Positions 1 through 9,014 of a DNA stretch of 57,589 nucleotides are shown here, in pieces. The DNA is taken from contig SVSY01000002.1 of NCBI GenBank assembly GCA_015064065.1, positions 1 to 57,589 of the forward strand, given 5' to 3'. Source of the stretch: Oscillospiraceae bacterium (GTDB lineage Bacteria > Bacillota > Clostridia > Oscillospirales > CAG-272). Every line of letters starts with the position of its first letter. The stretch's first letter is position 1. Position numbers and translations under genes: made by a program. Below the pieces are notes generated by a model. The model ran no database searches, was not told the origin of the DNA, and saw only the letters and a program-made list of their open reading frames with translations.

Positions 1-801
1 CTTTCAAAGTTCGGCGTAAAGGTAATATGCTACAACTTTATGCCCATATTCGACTGGACGAGAAGCAACCTCTTCCACCCCGTAGGAGACGGCTCGACCG
101 CACTCTTCTACGAAAAGAATATGATACAGGACGACTACAACGCTATGGCGAAGTATATTCTCGACTTCACCGAGAAATACAATATGTCCTTTCCCGGCTG
201 GGAGCCCGAGCGTATGGCGAAGCTTGACGAGCTCTTCAAGGCTTACGAGGGTGTAGATCACGAAAAGCTCTGGGCAAATCTCAAGTATTTCCTTGAAGCT
301 ATAATGCCCACCTGCCGCGAGTGCGACATCAAGATGGCTATACATATGGACGATCCGCCTTGGGATATCTTCGGACTTCCCCGTCTGCTCGTAAACGAGG
401 AGAACATCGACCGCTTCTTGAAGATGGTCGACGACGAGTATAACTGTCTGACTCTCTGCTCGGGAAGCCTTAACGCAGACCCGAACAACAACGTAGCCGA
501 CATAGTTCGCAAGCATTGCTCGAGAATTGCATTTGCACACATTAGAAACGTAAAACACTTTGAAAACGGAGACTTCTCCGAGGCAAGCCACCGCGACTGC
601 GACGGCGATACCGGTATACTTGACATTCTCAAAGCATATCACGATTGCGGATATGAGGGATATATCCGCCCCGACCACGGCAGACATCTGTGGAACGAGG
701 GTCCGGGAAACGTACGTCCCGGATACGGACTTTACGACCGTGCTCTCGGCATTATGTATATGCTCGGCGTTTGGGATATGCTTGAAAAATTTGATAAATA
801 A
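1..801 (+). CDS. uxuA: mannonate dehydratase, C-terminal ~266 aa (5' end outside the window)
   Basis: Frame 1 is open from nt 1 (LSKFGVKVICYNFMPIFDWTRS...), so the ATG at 40 is internal. The sequence reads like UxuA (CYNFMP.DWTR, AIHMDDPPW, IRPDHG) and heads a hexuronate/KDG operon. Confidence 0.85.
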   Translation, partial: LSKFGVKVICYNFMPIFDWTRSNLFHPVGDGSTALFYEKNMIQDDYNAMAKYILDFTEKYNMSFPGWEPERMAKLDELFKAYEGVDHEKLWANLKYFLEAIMPTCRECDIKMAIHMDDPPWDIFGLPRLLVNEENIDRFLKMVDDEYNCLTLCSGSLNADPNNNVADIVRKHCSRIAFAHIRNVKHFENGDFSEASHRDCDGDTGILDILKAYHDCGYEGYIRPDHGRHLWNEGPGNVRPGYGLYDRALGIMYMLGVWDMLEKFDK

Positions 802-815
802 TAAGGAGAACTGTT

Positions 816-1661
816 ATGATAAATCTTCCGCTTAACGTAGATTATAAAGGTAAGGTAGTAGTAGTAACGGGTGCAGGCGGTCTTATCTGCGGCGCTATGG
901 CAAGAGCCTTCGCTCAGTCGGGCGCAAAGGTAGCCGCACTCGATCTCAACGAGGACGCAGTAAAGGCTCTCGCTGACGAGCTCACCGCAGAGGGATATAT
1001 CTGCAAGGGCTACAAGGCAAACGTTCTTGATCCCGAGGCTCTTGAGGAGGTGCACAAGGCAGTTCTTGCCGACCTCGGTGAGTGCGACGTGCTCGTAAAC
1101 GGAGCGGGCGGCAACAATCCGAGAGCTACCACCGATAACGAATATCACCACGAGGCAAAGGAAGGCGGCAAATCCTTCTTCGACCTCTCTGCCGACGGAG
1201 TTGACTTCGTGTTCAAGCTCAATTTCCAAGGCACTCTTCTTCCCACTCAGGTATTTGCAAAGGATCTCGTAGCAAAGAAGGGCGGCTGTATCCTCAACAT
1301 CTCTTCGATGAACGCTTATACCCCTCTTACCAAGATCCCCGCATACTCCGCCGCTAAGGCAGGTATCTCCAACTTCACTCAGTGGCTCGCTACCCACTTT
1401 GCAGGTACGGGCGTTCGCTGCAACGCTATCGCTCCCGGCTTCCTCGTTTCCGCACAGAACTACAGACTTCTCTTCAACGAGGACGGAACACCTACCGCAA
1501 GAAGTGCAAAAATACTGAACGGCACTCCTATGGGCAGATACGTTGATGCGTCCGAGCTTCTCGGTGCTACTCTCTTCCTTTGCGACGAGAGATCGGCTTC
1601 GGCTATCACAGGCGTTGTACTTCCCATCGACTGTGGATTTGCCGCATACTCGGGAGTCTGA
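816..1661 (+). CDS. short-chain dehydrogenase/reductase, probably the SDR-type D-mannonate/fructuronate oxidoreductase of the hexuronate pathway
   Basis: N-terminal Rossmann motif VVVTGAGGLICGAMA, the YSAAK catalytic motif and the NAIAPGF motif. It starts 14 nt after uxuA behind an AAGGAGA RBS. The specific substrate is inferred from context only. Confidence 0.7.
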   Translation: MINLPLNVDYKGKVVVVTGAGGLICGAMARAFAQSGAKVAALDLNEDAVKALADELTAEGYICKGYKANVLDPEALEEVHKAVLADLGECDVLVNGAGGNNPRATTDNEYHHEAKEGGKSFFDLSADGVDFVFKLNFQGTLLPTQVFAKDLVAKKGGCILNISSMNAYTPLTKIPAYSAAKAGISNFTQWLATHFAGTGVRCNAIAPGFLVSAQNYRLLFNEDGTPTARSAKILNGTPMGRYVDASELLGATLFLCDERSASAITGVVLPIDCGFAAYSGV

Positions 1662-1677
1662 TATAATTTAAGACCAT

Positions 1678-4020
1678 ATGTCTACAAAGCTTTGGTATAA
1701 TAAATACGTCGACGATTGGATGCACGCGCTTCCGCTCGGCAACGGGCGTGTAGGCGCTATGTTCTACGGCAACCCGCACAAAGAGACTATTGAAATAAAC
1801 GAAGAGTCTCTTTGGAGCGGTAAGCAGATAAAAGAACGCAATCACGCGACTGCAGAGGATCTGAAAAAGGTCCGTGAGCTGATATTCGAGCATAGACTGC
1901 AGGAGGCGGCAGAGCTCAGCCGAAGGACCTTCCTTGCAGACCCTATTCGCGTACGCTTCTACGAGAGCTTCGGCGAGATATTCATAGATTTTGACGACAA
2001 GAGCGAATACGTCGACTATCACAAGGAGCTTGAGCTTTCTACAGCTATCGCTTCGGCGACCTGGAAAAAGAGCGACGCTGAATTTTCGAGTGAATGCTTT
2101 GTCAGCGAAGAATACGACGCGATGGTATATCGCATCTGCTCATCGGACAAGTCCTTTTCCTGCAACGTAACGATGAAGCGGGAGCAGGACGCATACACAG
2201 CGGCACTTTCAAAGGACACGCTCCTGCTCAACGGAAGAGTTACCTACGCGACCGACGATCTTCGCGGCGAGGGTGCTGAGGGCGTTTCGTTCGGCGCGCG
2301 CATAAAGATAATGACCGACGGACAGCTTGAGGAGCATCACAGCTTCATATCCGTCAGCGATGCTACCTATCTTATTCTCTACGCGGCATTCGCCACCAAC
2401 TACGACGTAAATAAATTCGATATCGACGAGAGCAAGGACTACCGCGCATTTTTGAGCGGCTGTATCGACAGGATCGAAAAAGTGTCCTACGAGGATATAC
2501 GCGCAAAGCATATTGAGGATCACGGCAAGTGGTTCTCCACGGTACGCTTTGAGCTCGATAGCGATGCTAAATGCGACGAGCCGACCGATCTGCGACTTGC
2601 GAAATTTAAAGAAGGTCATGCGGACGATCCCGACCTTTATACGCTCTACTACAATTTCGGACGTTATCTGCTTACCGAAAGCTCGGGCAAAAAGGCAACC
2701 CTCCCCGCAAATCTTCAGGGCATATGGTGTCACGGATTCCGTCCCCCGTGGGGCTCGGACTACCACACCAACATAAATCTGCAAATGAATTATTGGCCCG
2801 CGGACAGCACTAATTGCTCTGCAACCTTCGAGCCGCTGATACACTTTATGAAGATGCTTTGCGAGTTTGGCAAGCAGACAGCTCGCGATCAGTTCGGCGC
2901 TGACGGCTGGTGTATAAATCACACTACCGATATCTTCGGCAGAACGGGCGTGCACGACTCGGTCGACTGTGGATTTTTCCCGATGGCAGGACCTTGGATG
3001 TGTCTTAACCTCTGGGAGCACTACGAATACACCAATGACAAGGGATATCTTAAAGATATCTACCCCATTCTTGAAGGTGCGTGCCGCTTCGTTCTGGACT
3101 ATCTGTGCGAAGCACCGAACGGATATCTTACGACCTCCCCATCAAATTCCCCTGAGAACAAATTCTATTATAACGAGCCAAACGGCGAGTGCAAAACAAG
3201 TATGCTGACTCAGGGAGCAACGATCGATTTCGAGATAATATATGCTCTTCTGACAAGGACCGCCTACGCCTGCCGACTTCTTGGCAACGACGCGTCCTTT
3301 GCACAAAAGCTTGAGGACACGCTTGACCGTCTGCCTCCGCTCAAGGTAAGCGAGCGCTACGGAACGGTGCGAGAATGGTGCGAGGACTACGAGGAGCAAG
3401 AACCGGGACATCGCCATATGTCGCCGCTCTTTGCGCTTCACCCTTCGGATCAGATCAACGAGACCACTCCCGAATTATTTGAGGCGGCAAAAAATACTAT
3501 TGCCAGACGACTCGCGCACGGCTGTGGACAAAGCGGTTGGTCGAGAGCGTGGATAATCAACTTCTACGCGCGGCTCAAGGACGGAGATAGCGCGCACAAG
3601 CACGTGGATCTGCTTTTTGCAGGCTCTACTGAAGAAAATCTGTTCGATATGCATCCCCCCTGTTTTTTCCAGATCGACGGCAACTTCGGCGCTATTGCGG
3701 GTATTACCGAAATGCTGATACAAAGCCATCTCGGACGCCCCGACGAGCGTATAATCGAGCTTCTTCCCGCTCTTCCGACCGAGTGGCACTCAGGAACACT
3801 CAGCGGTGTCAAGACGCGCGGCGGCTTTATCTTTGATATCGTCTGGAAGAACGGAAAGCTTGTGACCGTACGAGTAAATTCTCCCGACGGACGTGCGCTT
3901 CTGCTCAAGCTCAGACCCGAGCAGGCAAAAGTAAGCTCCTCGGCAGAGATCAAGCTGACAGATGGATTGCTTGAATACAAATTCGCTAAAAACGAAACGA
4001 TAACACTCTTTTTTAACTAA
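1678..4020 (+). CDS. glycoside hydrolase family 95 (alpha-L-fucosidase-like)
   Basis: 780 aa. The N-terminus W..ALPLGNGR.GAM.YG...E.I.INE.SLWSG is characteristic of GH95. There is no signal peptide, so the protein is probably cytoplasmic. Confidence 0.75.
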   Translation: MSTKLWYNKYVDDWMHALPLGNGRVGAMFYGNPHKETIEINEESLWSGKQIKERNHATAEDLKKVRELIFEHRLQEAAELSRRTFLADPIRVRFYESFGEIFIDFDDKSEYVDYHKELELSTAIASATWKKSDAEFSSECFVSEEYDAMVYRICSSDKSFSCNVTMKREQDAYTAALSKDTLLLNGRVTYATDDLRGEGAEGVSFGARIKIMTDGQLEEHHSFISVSDATYLILYAAFATNYDVNKFDIDESKDYRAFLSGCIDRIEKVSYEDIRAKHIEDHGKWFSTVRFELDSDAKCDEPTDLRLAKFKEGHADDPDLYTLYYNFGRYLLTESSGKKATLPANLQGIWCHGFRPPWGSDYHTNINLQMNYWPADSTNCSATFEPLIHFMKMLCEFGKQTARDQFGADGWCINHTTDIFGRTGVHDSVDCGFFPMAGPWMCLNLWEHYEYTNDKGYLKDIYPILEGACRFVLDYLCEAPNGYLTTSPSNSPENKFYYNEPNGECKTSMLTQGATIDFEIIYALLTRTAYACRLLGNDASFAQKLEDTLDRLPPLKVSERYGTVREWCEDYEEQEPGHRHMSPLFALHPSDQINETTPELFEAAKNTIARRLAHGCGQSGWSRAWIINFYARLKDGDSAHKHVDLLFAGSTEENLFDMHPPCFFQIDGNFGAIAGITEMLIQSHLGRPDERIIELLPALPTEWHSGTLSGVKTRGGFIFDIVWKNGKLVTVRVNSPDGRALLLKLRPEQAKVSSSAEIKLTDGLLEYKFAKNETITLFFN

Positions 4021-4041
4021 AGGCAAGAGAAAGGAAATATT

Positions 4042-4602
4042 ATGGAAAGATTTATACCCGTCGTCGTTATCAAGGAGATCGGCGAGACAGACAAGATACT
4101 CAGCGCACTCAAGGGCGTTGGCATCAATTGCGCGGAGATAACCTTCCGCACAGCTTGTGCCGCAGAGGCTATTGCGTATGCCGCAAAGAACTATCCCGAT
4201 ATGGAGATAGGTGCGGGCACGGTCATCAACGCAGAGCAGTGTGAGGCGGCTCTTGCGGCAGGTGCTACCTTCATCGTTTCCCCCGGACTTTCGGTATCGG
4301 TAGCAAAGATATGCAACGAGAGAGGTATTCCCTATTACCCCGGTTGCGTTACTCCTACCGAGATAATGGCGGCTCTTGAGCTCGGAATCACCACGGTCAA
4401 GTTCTTCCCTGCAAACGTTTACGGCGGACTTAAGGCTCTCAAGGCTCTCTCCGCTCCCTTCCCGCAGGTAAAGTTCATTCCCACGGGCGGAGTTGACAGA
4501 AGCAATATAGACGAATTTTTGGCATTCGACAAGATCGCGGCTATCGGCGGAAGCTTCTTTGTAAAGGAAGCTCTCGAGGCGGCAGAAAAAAAGGAGAACT
4601 GA
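4042..4602 (+). CDS. eda: 2-dehydro-3-deoxyphosphogluconate (KDPG) / 4-hydroxy-2-oxoglutarate aldolase
   Basis: 186 aa with typical Eda motifs (PVVVI, GI...EITFRT, GAGTV, FIVSPG, VKFFPA, IPTGGV). Followed directly by kdgK. Confidence 0.85.
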   Translation: MERFIPVVVIKEIGETDKILSALKGVGINCAEITFRTACAAEAIAYAAKNYPDMEIGAGTVINAEQCEAALAAGATFIVSPGLSVSVAKICNERGIPYYPGCVTPTEIMAALELGITTVKFFPANVYGGLKALKALSAPFPQVKFIPTGGVDRSNIDEFLAFDKIAAIGGSFFVKEALEAAEKKEN

Positions 4603-4603
4603 T

Positions 4604-5623
4604 ATGAAAGTTGTTACATTCGGCGAGCTTATGCTCAGACTTGCACCCAACGGATATTACCGTTTCTTCCAGAACGATCAGATGCAGTCTACCTTCGGCG
4701 GCGGCGAGGCTAACGTTGCCGTATCGCTTGCAAACTACGGAATTGACAGCACCTACGTCACAAAGCTCCCCAAGCACGCTATCGGTCAGGCGGCAGTTGA
4801 CTCGCTCCGCTATTTCGGCGTTGATACCTCGAAGATAGTTCGCGGCGGCGACCGAGTCGGTATATACTTCCTTGAAAAAGGTGCATCGCAGAGAGGCTCT
4901 GTCTGCATCTACGACCGCGCTCATTCTGCTATAGCAGAGGCTGCACGCACAGATTTCGATTGGGACGCTATATTCGACGGCGCAGATTGGTTCCACTTCA
5001 CAGGAATTACTCCCGCGCTCTGTCCCAATATGGTCGATATCTGCATCGACGCTTGCAAGGCGGCAAAGGCAAAGGGCGTTAAGATCTCTTGCGACCTTAA
5101 CTACCGCGGAAAGCTCTGGACGAGAGCCGAGGCAAGAGAGGCTATGACAAAGCTTTGCGAGTACGTTGACGTATGTATCTCCAACGAGGAGGACGCAAAG
5201 GACGTATTCGGTATCGAGGCTGAGGGCTCGGATATCTACGGCGGAAAGCTCAATCATGAGGGCTATAAGTCGGTCGCAAAGCAGCTTGCAGACAAGTTCG
5301 GATTTGAGAAGGTAGCTATCACTCTGCGTACCTCCATCTCGGCAAACGACAACGATTGGGCAGGAATGCTCTATGACGGCGAGAACTACTGCTTCTCCAA
5401 GTCCTACCACCTCCACATCGTTGACCGCGTAGGCGGCGGCGACTCCTTCGGCGGCGGACTTATATATGCTCTTCTTAACGGCAAGACCAGCCAGCAGGCT
5501 ATCGAATTTGCAGTAGCGGCGTCTGCGCTCAAGCACAGCGTTGAGGGCGACTACAACAGAGTCAGCGTTTCCGAGGTCGAAAAGCTCGCAGGCGGCGACG
5601 CATCGGGCAGAGTTCAGAGATAA
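4604..5623 (+). CDS. kdgK: 2-dehydro-3-deoxygluconokinase (PfkB/ribokinase family)
   Basis: 339 aa. It starts 2 nt after the eda stop. It has the N-terminal FGE.M.RL..., GGGEANVA, and the C-terminal DRVGGGDSF PfkB signature. Confidence 0.85.
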   Translation: MKVVTFGELMLRLAPNGYYRFFQNDQMQSTFGGGEANVAVSLANYGIDSTYVTKLPKHAIGQAAVDSLRYFGVDTSKIVRGGDRVGIYFLEKGASQRGSVCIYDRAHSAIAEAARTDFDWDAIFDGADWFHFTGITPALCPNMVDICIDACKAAKAKGVKISCDLNYRGKLWTRAEAREAMTKLCEYVDVCISNEEDAKDVFGIEAEGSDIYGGKLNHEGYKSVAKQLADKFGFEKVAITLRTSISANDNDWAGMLYDGENYCFSKSYHLHIVDRVGGGDSFGGGLIYALLNGKTSQQAIEFAVAASALKHSVEGDYNRVSVSEVEKLAGGDASGRVQR

Positions 5624-5629
5624 AAAAAT

Positions 5630-5663
5630 CGGGTTGCTCCCCGATCTTAACGGGGAGCAACCG
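5630..5663 (+). terminator. stem-loop downstream of kdgK (possible operon terminator, atypical)
   Basis: A 13-bp perfect stem cgggttgctcccc/ggggagcaacccg with an 8-nt loop lies 7 nt after the kdgK stop. An A-run precedes it and no clean U-tract follows, hence the low confidence. Confidence 0.35.
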
Positions 5664-5702
5664 AAATATATAAAAAAAATTTCATCTTTATAAAAAAAGT
5701 CC

Positions 5703-5731
5703 TTGACAAAATCGAGTTTTTGGATTATAAT
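5703..5731 (+). promoter_or_regulatory. consensus sigma-A promoter for tRNA-Thr
   Basis: TTGACA (5703-5708), a 17-nt spacer and TATAAT (5726-5731), ending 9 nt upstream of the tRNA 5' end. Confidence 0.65.
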
Positions 5732-5740
5732 ATTAAAGTC

Positions 5741-5816
5741 GCTGGTGTAGCACAGTCGGTAGTGCAGCTGATTCGTAATCAGCAGGTCGTGTGTTCGAGT
5801 CACATCACCAGCTCCA
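5741..5816 (+). tRNA. tRNA-Thr, anticodon CGU, with encoded CCA
   Basis: Manual cloverleaf: acceptor GCTGGTG/CACCAGC, D stem GCAC/GTGC, anticodon stem GCTGA/TCAGC with loop TTCGTAA (anticodon CGT), variable loop AGGTC, T stem GTGTG/CACAT with loop TTCGAGT, discriminator T, then CCA. Confidence 0.9.
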
Positions 5817-5820
5817 AAAA

Positions 5821-5846
5821 CCCGAGAACACAGTTCTCGGGTTTTT
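5821..5846 (+). terminator. rho-independent terminator of the tRNA-Thr transcript
   Basis: Stem cccgagaa/ttctcggg with loop cacag, followed by TTTTT. Confidence 0.75.
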
Positions 5847-5851
5847 ACTTT

Positions 5852-5907
5852 TTCACTATTCACTATTCACTGTTCACTGTTCACTATTCACTGTTCACTA
5901 TTCACTA
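5852..5907 (+). repeat. tandem heptanucleotide repeat (TTCACTR) x 8
   Basis: Eight uninterrupted 7-nt units: ttcacta, ttcacta, ttcactg, ttcactg, ttcacta, ttcactg, ttcacta, ttcacta. They lie between the tRNA terminator and the rsmA start. Confidence 0.95.
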
Positions 5908-5922
5908 TATAAAGGATACGAT

Positions 5923-6795
5923 ATGAATCTTTGCGATATAAAGACCATCAAGCAGGTCATGGCGATGTTTTCGCTCAATTTCAGAAAGGAATTCGGTCAG
6001 AACTTTCTGACTAATAATATGGTAGTTGAGGATATAGCAGACAACTGCTGTACCGACGCCAACAGCACTATCCTTGAGATAGGCCCCGGTATCGGCTCGC
6101 TGACGAACGAGCTCGCTCTCCGCTATAAAAACGTAGTTGCGCTTGAGATCGACCACGGTCTTATCCCCGTTCTCAAATACACGCTCGGCTCGCACGCAAA
6201 CGTCAAGGTAATAAACGAAGACGTTATGAAGGCAGATCTCGACGCTATTCTTGCCCCCTATTTTGCCGAGGGCAAGGTATCTGTGTGTGCAAATCTTCCT
6301 TATTATATAACTACGCCTATTTTGATGAAGCTTCTCGAGTCGCGCCTTCCCTTCGAGTATATCACGATAATGATACAGTCCGAGGTAGCAGACCGTCTTT
6401 GCGCCATCCCGGGCGACAAAAATTGTGGAGCTATCACGTCGGTGCTAAACTATTACGGCTCTCCCGAAAAGCTTTTCACGGTGACCGCGGATAATTTCAT
6501 ACCCGCGCCCAAGGTCGACTCCTCTGTAGTACGTATAAAGCTCCACACCGAAAGGCCCTACAAACCCGTCGACGAGGACACCTTTTTCCGCACTATCCGT
6601 GCCTCCTTCGAGCAACGCAGAAAGACTCTTCCAAACTCCCTCGCCTCTGTTTTTGGCGAGCTGACCAAAGAAGAGCTGACAGATGCAATTGTAAAATGCA
6701 ACTTTGACCCCACCATACGCGGAGAGAAGCTCGGAGTTGCAGATTTCGTCACTCTTTCTAATGAAATATTCGCTAAAATACAGGATAAAAAATAA
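5923..6795 (+). CDS. rsmA: 16S rRNA (adenine1518/1519-N6)-dimethyltransferase
   Basis: The sequence from MNLCDIKTIKQVM...FRKEFGQNFL onward is typical KsgA/RsmA (EIGPGIGSLT SAM motif, NLPYYITTPI). The track ORF starts at 5791 but that extension only reads through the heptamer repeat. The ATG at 5923 has an AAAGGA RBS. Confidence 0.9.
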   Translation: MNLCDIKTIKQVMAMFSLNFRKEFGQNFLTNNMVVEDIADNCCTDANSTILEIGPGIGSLTNELALRYKNVVALEIDHGLIPVLKYTLGSHANVKVINEDVMKADLDAILAPYFAEGKVSVCANLPYYITTPILMKLLESRLPFEYITIMIQSEVADRLCAIPGDKNCGAITSVLNYYGSPEKLFTVTADNFIPAPKVDSSVVRIKLHTERPYKPVDEDTFFRTIRASFEQRRKTLPNSLASVFGELTKEELTDAIVKCNFDPTIRGEKLGVADFVTLSNEIFAKIQDKK

Positions 6796-6886
6796 TTTTA
6801 TTGTATTTTTCAATACAAATTTTACAATTATTTCACGCAAAAATTCGTTTTGTAAAATTGTAATATTCGCCATAATGTCGCGTAAT

Positions 6887-6922
6887 AAAAAGACCGATAC
6901 GCTATTGCGTACCGGTCTTTTT
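6887..6922. terminator. bidirectional rho-independent terminator between rsmA (+) and the 6927-7835 gene (-)
   Basis: A stem agaccgatacgc/gcgtaccggtct (11 of 12 pairs) with loop tatt, an A-run upstream and a T-run downstream. Confidence 0.7.
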
Positions 6923-6926
6923 ATAT

Positions 6927-7835
6927 TTAAGGTCTTGCCTTATCTACCTTGCTCACAAGGTGTTTTCCGACACTTGCCATATACGCAAGCTCGCCTACGG
7001 CAAAATCCTCACCAACGTGTTTAAGTCTGTCGGTTATCCACTTGGAGCTGACCTCATAGGTAAAATCTCCGTCGTAGTCTATCTCGCCGAGAGCTTTAGT
7101 CACTTCGTTCCAATCTATCTTGCCCATAAAGGGAAGCTGATGTGCGTCTCCGCGGTAGTCGTTATCGTGAACGTGCAGAGAGTGAAGTCTGTTGTGTCCG
7201 AGTGCTCTGACAAAATCCCACGGCTCTTCCTTGCCGCCCGAGGGAAGTCCTGCGTGTCCTACGTCAAGGCAGGCTACGATATATTCGCTGTCAAGCGTAT
7301 CGACGTAGCGGATAAACTCCTCGCTTCTCGAACAGGTATCGTGAATATGTATCCAACGGCGCTCGTCCATCTGGAACATATTCTCTACCGCTATCTTTAT
7401 TCCGTACTGCTCTGCTATCGGGATAAGCTCGCGATAGTACTTCATATTTATCTCGAATATCTCTTCTTCACGACCCTCGTATCGCATATAATGCACGGGG
7501 TGCACTACGGCTACGTCTGCGCCGAGAAGTGCGGATACGGCAACGGAGCGCTTCATCGTGTCCATAATGAAGCCGTTGAAATGCTCCTCGTTCTCCCAAT
7601 TCGAGAACCAGAAGGGCGTGTGAGTCTGCACTATCGGAAGCCCCTCGCCATCGTATATAGCTCTTATGCGCTTTGCTTCCTCTTCGTAGCTGTCGCCATT
7701 AAAGATATGCTTTGGGTCTGCCATATCACAAAGGCAATAGTCTACCGCGTCAAAGCCTGCCGCCTTAACGTATTTTGCCGTTTTCTCCTCTCCGTACAGG
7801 TCTCTGACCCCACGGATATTCAATGCAAGTCTCAT
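6927..7835 (-). CDS. sugar phosphate isomerase/epimerase family protein (xylose-isomerase-like TIM barrel)
   Basis: 302 aa with the family-typical metal-ligand layout (VVHP, IAVEN, LDVGH, HVHDN). Its ATG overlaps the upstream gene's stop by 4 nt. Confidence 0.75.
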   Translation of the reverse strand: MRLALNIRGVRDLYGEEKTAKYVKAAGFDAVDYCLCDMADPKHIFNGDSYEEEAKRIRAIYDGEGLPIVQTHTPFWFSNWENEEHFNGFIMDTMKRSVAVSALLGADVAVVHPVHYMRYEGREEEIFEINMKYYRELIPIAEQYGIKIAVENMFQMDERRWIHIHDTCSRSEEFIRYVDTLDSEYIVACLDVGHAGLPSGGKEEPWDFVRALGHNRLHSLHVHDNDYRGDAHQLPFMGKIDWNEVTKALGEIDYDGDFTYEVSSKWITDRLKHVGEDFAVGELAYMASVGKHLVSKVDKARP

Positions 7836-9013
7836 TTGCCAATAACCTCAAGAAGCTTATCCGTAGCTCTCTCGGCATACTCATCAAACTTGCCCTGATC
7901 GCGCAGGTAGAAGAGTATGGTATATCTGTCTCTCATAATAAGAGCGCGGCGGATACCGTCAACGATTATCTGTCTGTCGGTAACCGTAGGCGGAACGTTC
8001 ATCTTCACGCAGAATTCTTCAACTGCATCGAAGTAAGGAATATACTTTTCAATAAGAGCCTTAAGATGCGCGTCCTGAGTCTCCTCATAGAGCATCTTGT
8101 ACATTATAGCAACGAGTCTCGTTCCCTCGCAGACCTCAAGTCCGTGCAGATGAGGACGGTATCCGTGCTCGATATCGTAAAGCTCCCAAGCGTGAGCGAT
8201 TATATGCTCCGAGCCCGATGCGGGACGGGAGTTGCCCGTATATGCCATACCGAGACCTGTTACGAGGAAGCCCTCCATTATATTCTTTACGCACTCTTTA
8301 TCTCTGCTTGCAAGATTGTAGCCGTTGTAAAGGCACTTGTTGGTAGCTTCAATAACGTCGTCGGCTATCTTCTCGCAGTAATATTCGCCCGAGTAGTCTC
8401 TTGCCATCTCCCAATCGAGAATACCGATATATTTACCGAACATATCGCCAATTCCCGCAAGCATCATATCAAACGGAGCGTCTTTAAGGATATCAAGGTC
8501 ACCGATTATGTACTTAGGAGTGGTGCACTGTATAGTGCTCTTCGTGCCGCTGTGAAGGAAGGGCGTTCCCGCGGACGCGTATCCGTCCATAGAGGGCGCA
8601 GTTCCTACGATACCGTAAGGCAGACCGAGACGGTAGCTTGCAAGTCTGCAGGAATCGTTAACAGTACCCGAGCCTACGGCAAGGATAAAGTCGGGCAATT
8701 CGGAGTATGCAAAGAAATTGGGCTTTGCTCCGGGCTCGTTTGCATAGAGAACTATCTTTCCGAGAGTCTCTGCGTTGGGAAGAACTACCTCGCCGTCAAG
8801 AACGAGAGTTCTGTGATATTTTCCGCAGTCCTTGAGTATCTTCTCTACCTTCTCGCCTGCCGCGCGGTATGTTCTCTCGTCTGCTACGACGTATATCTTG
8901 TTGTAATCCTTAAGTATCTCGGGTATCTTGTTGATAGCGCCCGAAGATATCTCGTAGCCCTCAAGCGGAGCTTTATGTACGCCCATGGCGCAATTACACT
9001 TAAATTCGATCAT
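7832..9013 (-). CDS. iron-containing alcohol dehydrogenase-fold protein, sn-glycerol-1-phosphate dehydrogenase (AraM/EgsA)-like
   Basis: GSGTVNDSCR and the downstream GDM.GK / SGSEH.I.H motifs match the G1PDH / glycerol dehydrogenase-like family. The start was moved to the ATG at 9013 (MIEFKCNCAMG...), which has an AAGGAGGA RBS. The track ORF start at 9061 would overlap the upstream gene. Confidence 0.65.
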   Translation of the reverse strand: MIEFKCNCAMGVHKAPLEGYEISSGAINKIPEILKDYNKIYVVADERTYRAAGEKVEKILKDCGKYHRTLVLDGEVVLPNAETLGKIVLYANEPGAKPNFFAYSELPDFILAVGSGTVNDSCRLASYRLGLPYGIVGTAPSMDGYASAGTPFLHSGTKSTIQCTTPKYIIGDLDILKDAPFDMMLAGIGDMFGKYIGILDWEMARDYSGEYYCEKIADDVIEATNKCLYNGYNLASRDKECVKNIMEGFLVTGLGMAYTGNSRPASGSEHIIAHAWELYDIEHGYRPHLHGLEVCEGTRLVAIMYKMLYEETQDAHLKALIEKYIPYFDAVEEFCVKMNVPPTVTDRQIIVDGIRRALIMRDRYTILFYLRDQGKFDEYAERATDKLLEVIGK

Positions 9014-9014
9014 T

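Noticed and set aside
5741-5816. tRNA-Thr as an integration site of a genomic island or prophage.
   Set aside because: There is no integrase, no phage-like ORF and no duplicated tRNA 3' segment that I could see in the neighbouring 10 kb. The flanks are housekeeping genes (kdgK, rsmA).
5852-5907. Possible CRISPR array, or coding repeat as the N-terminal extension of rsmA via the track ORF starting at 5791.
   Set aside because: The units are 7 nt, contiguous and have no spacers, so this is a microsatellite and not a CRISPR array. The upstream extension of the ORF would start inside the tRNA gene and only translates the repeat (FTVHYSLFT...). The ATG at 5923 has an RBS and gives a full-length RsmA.
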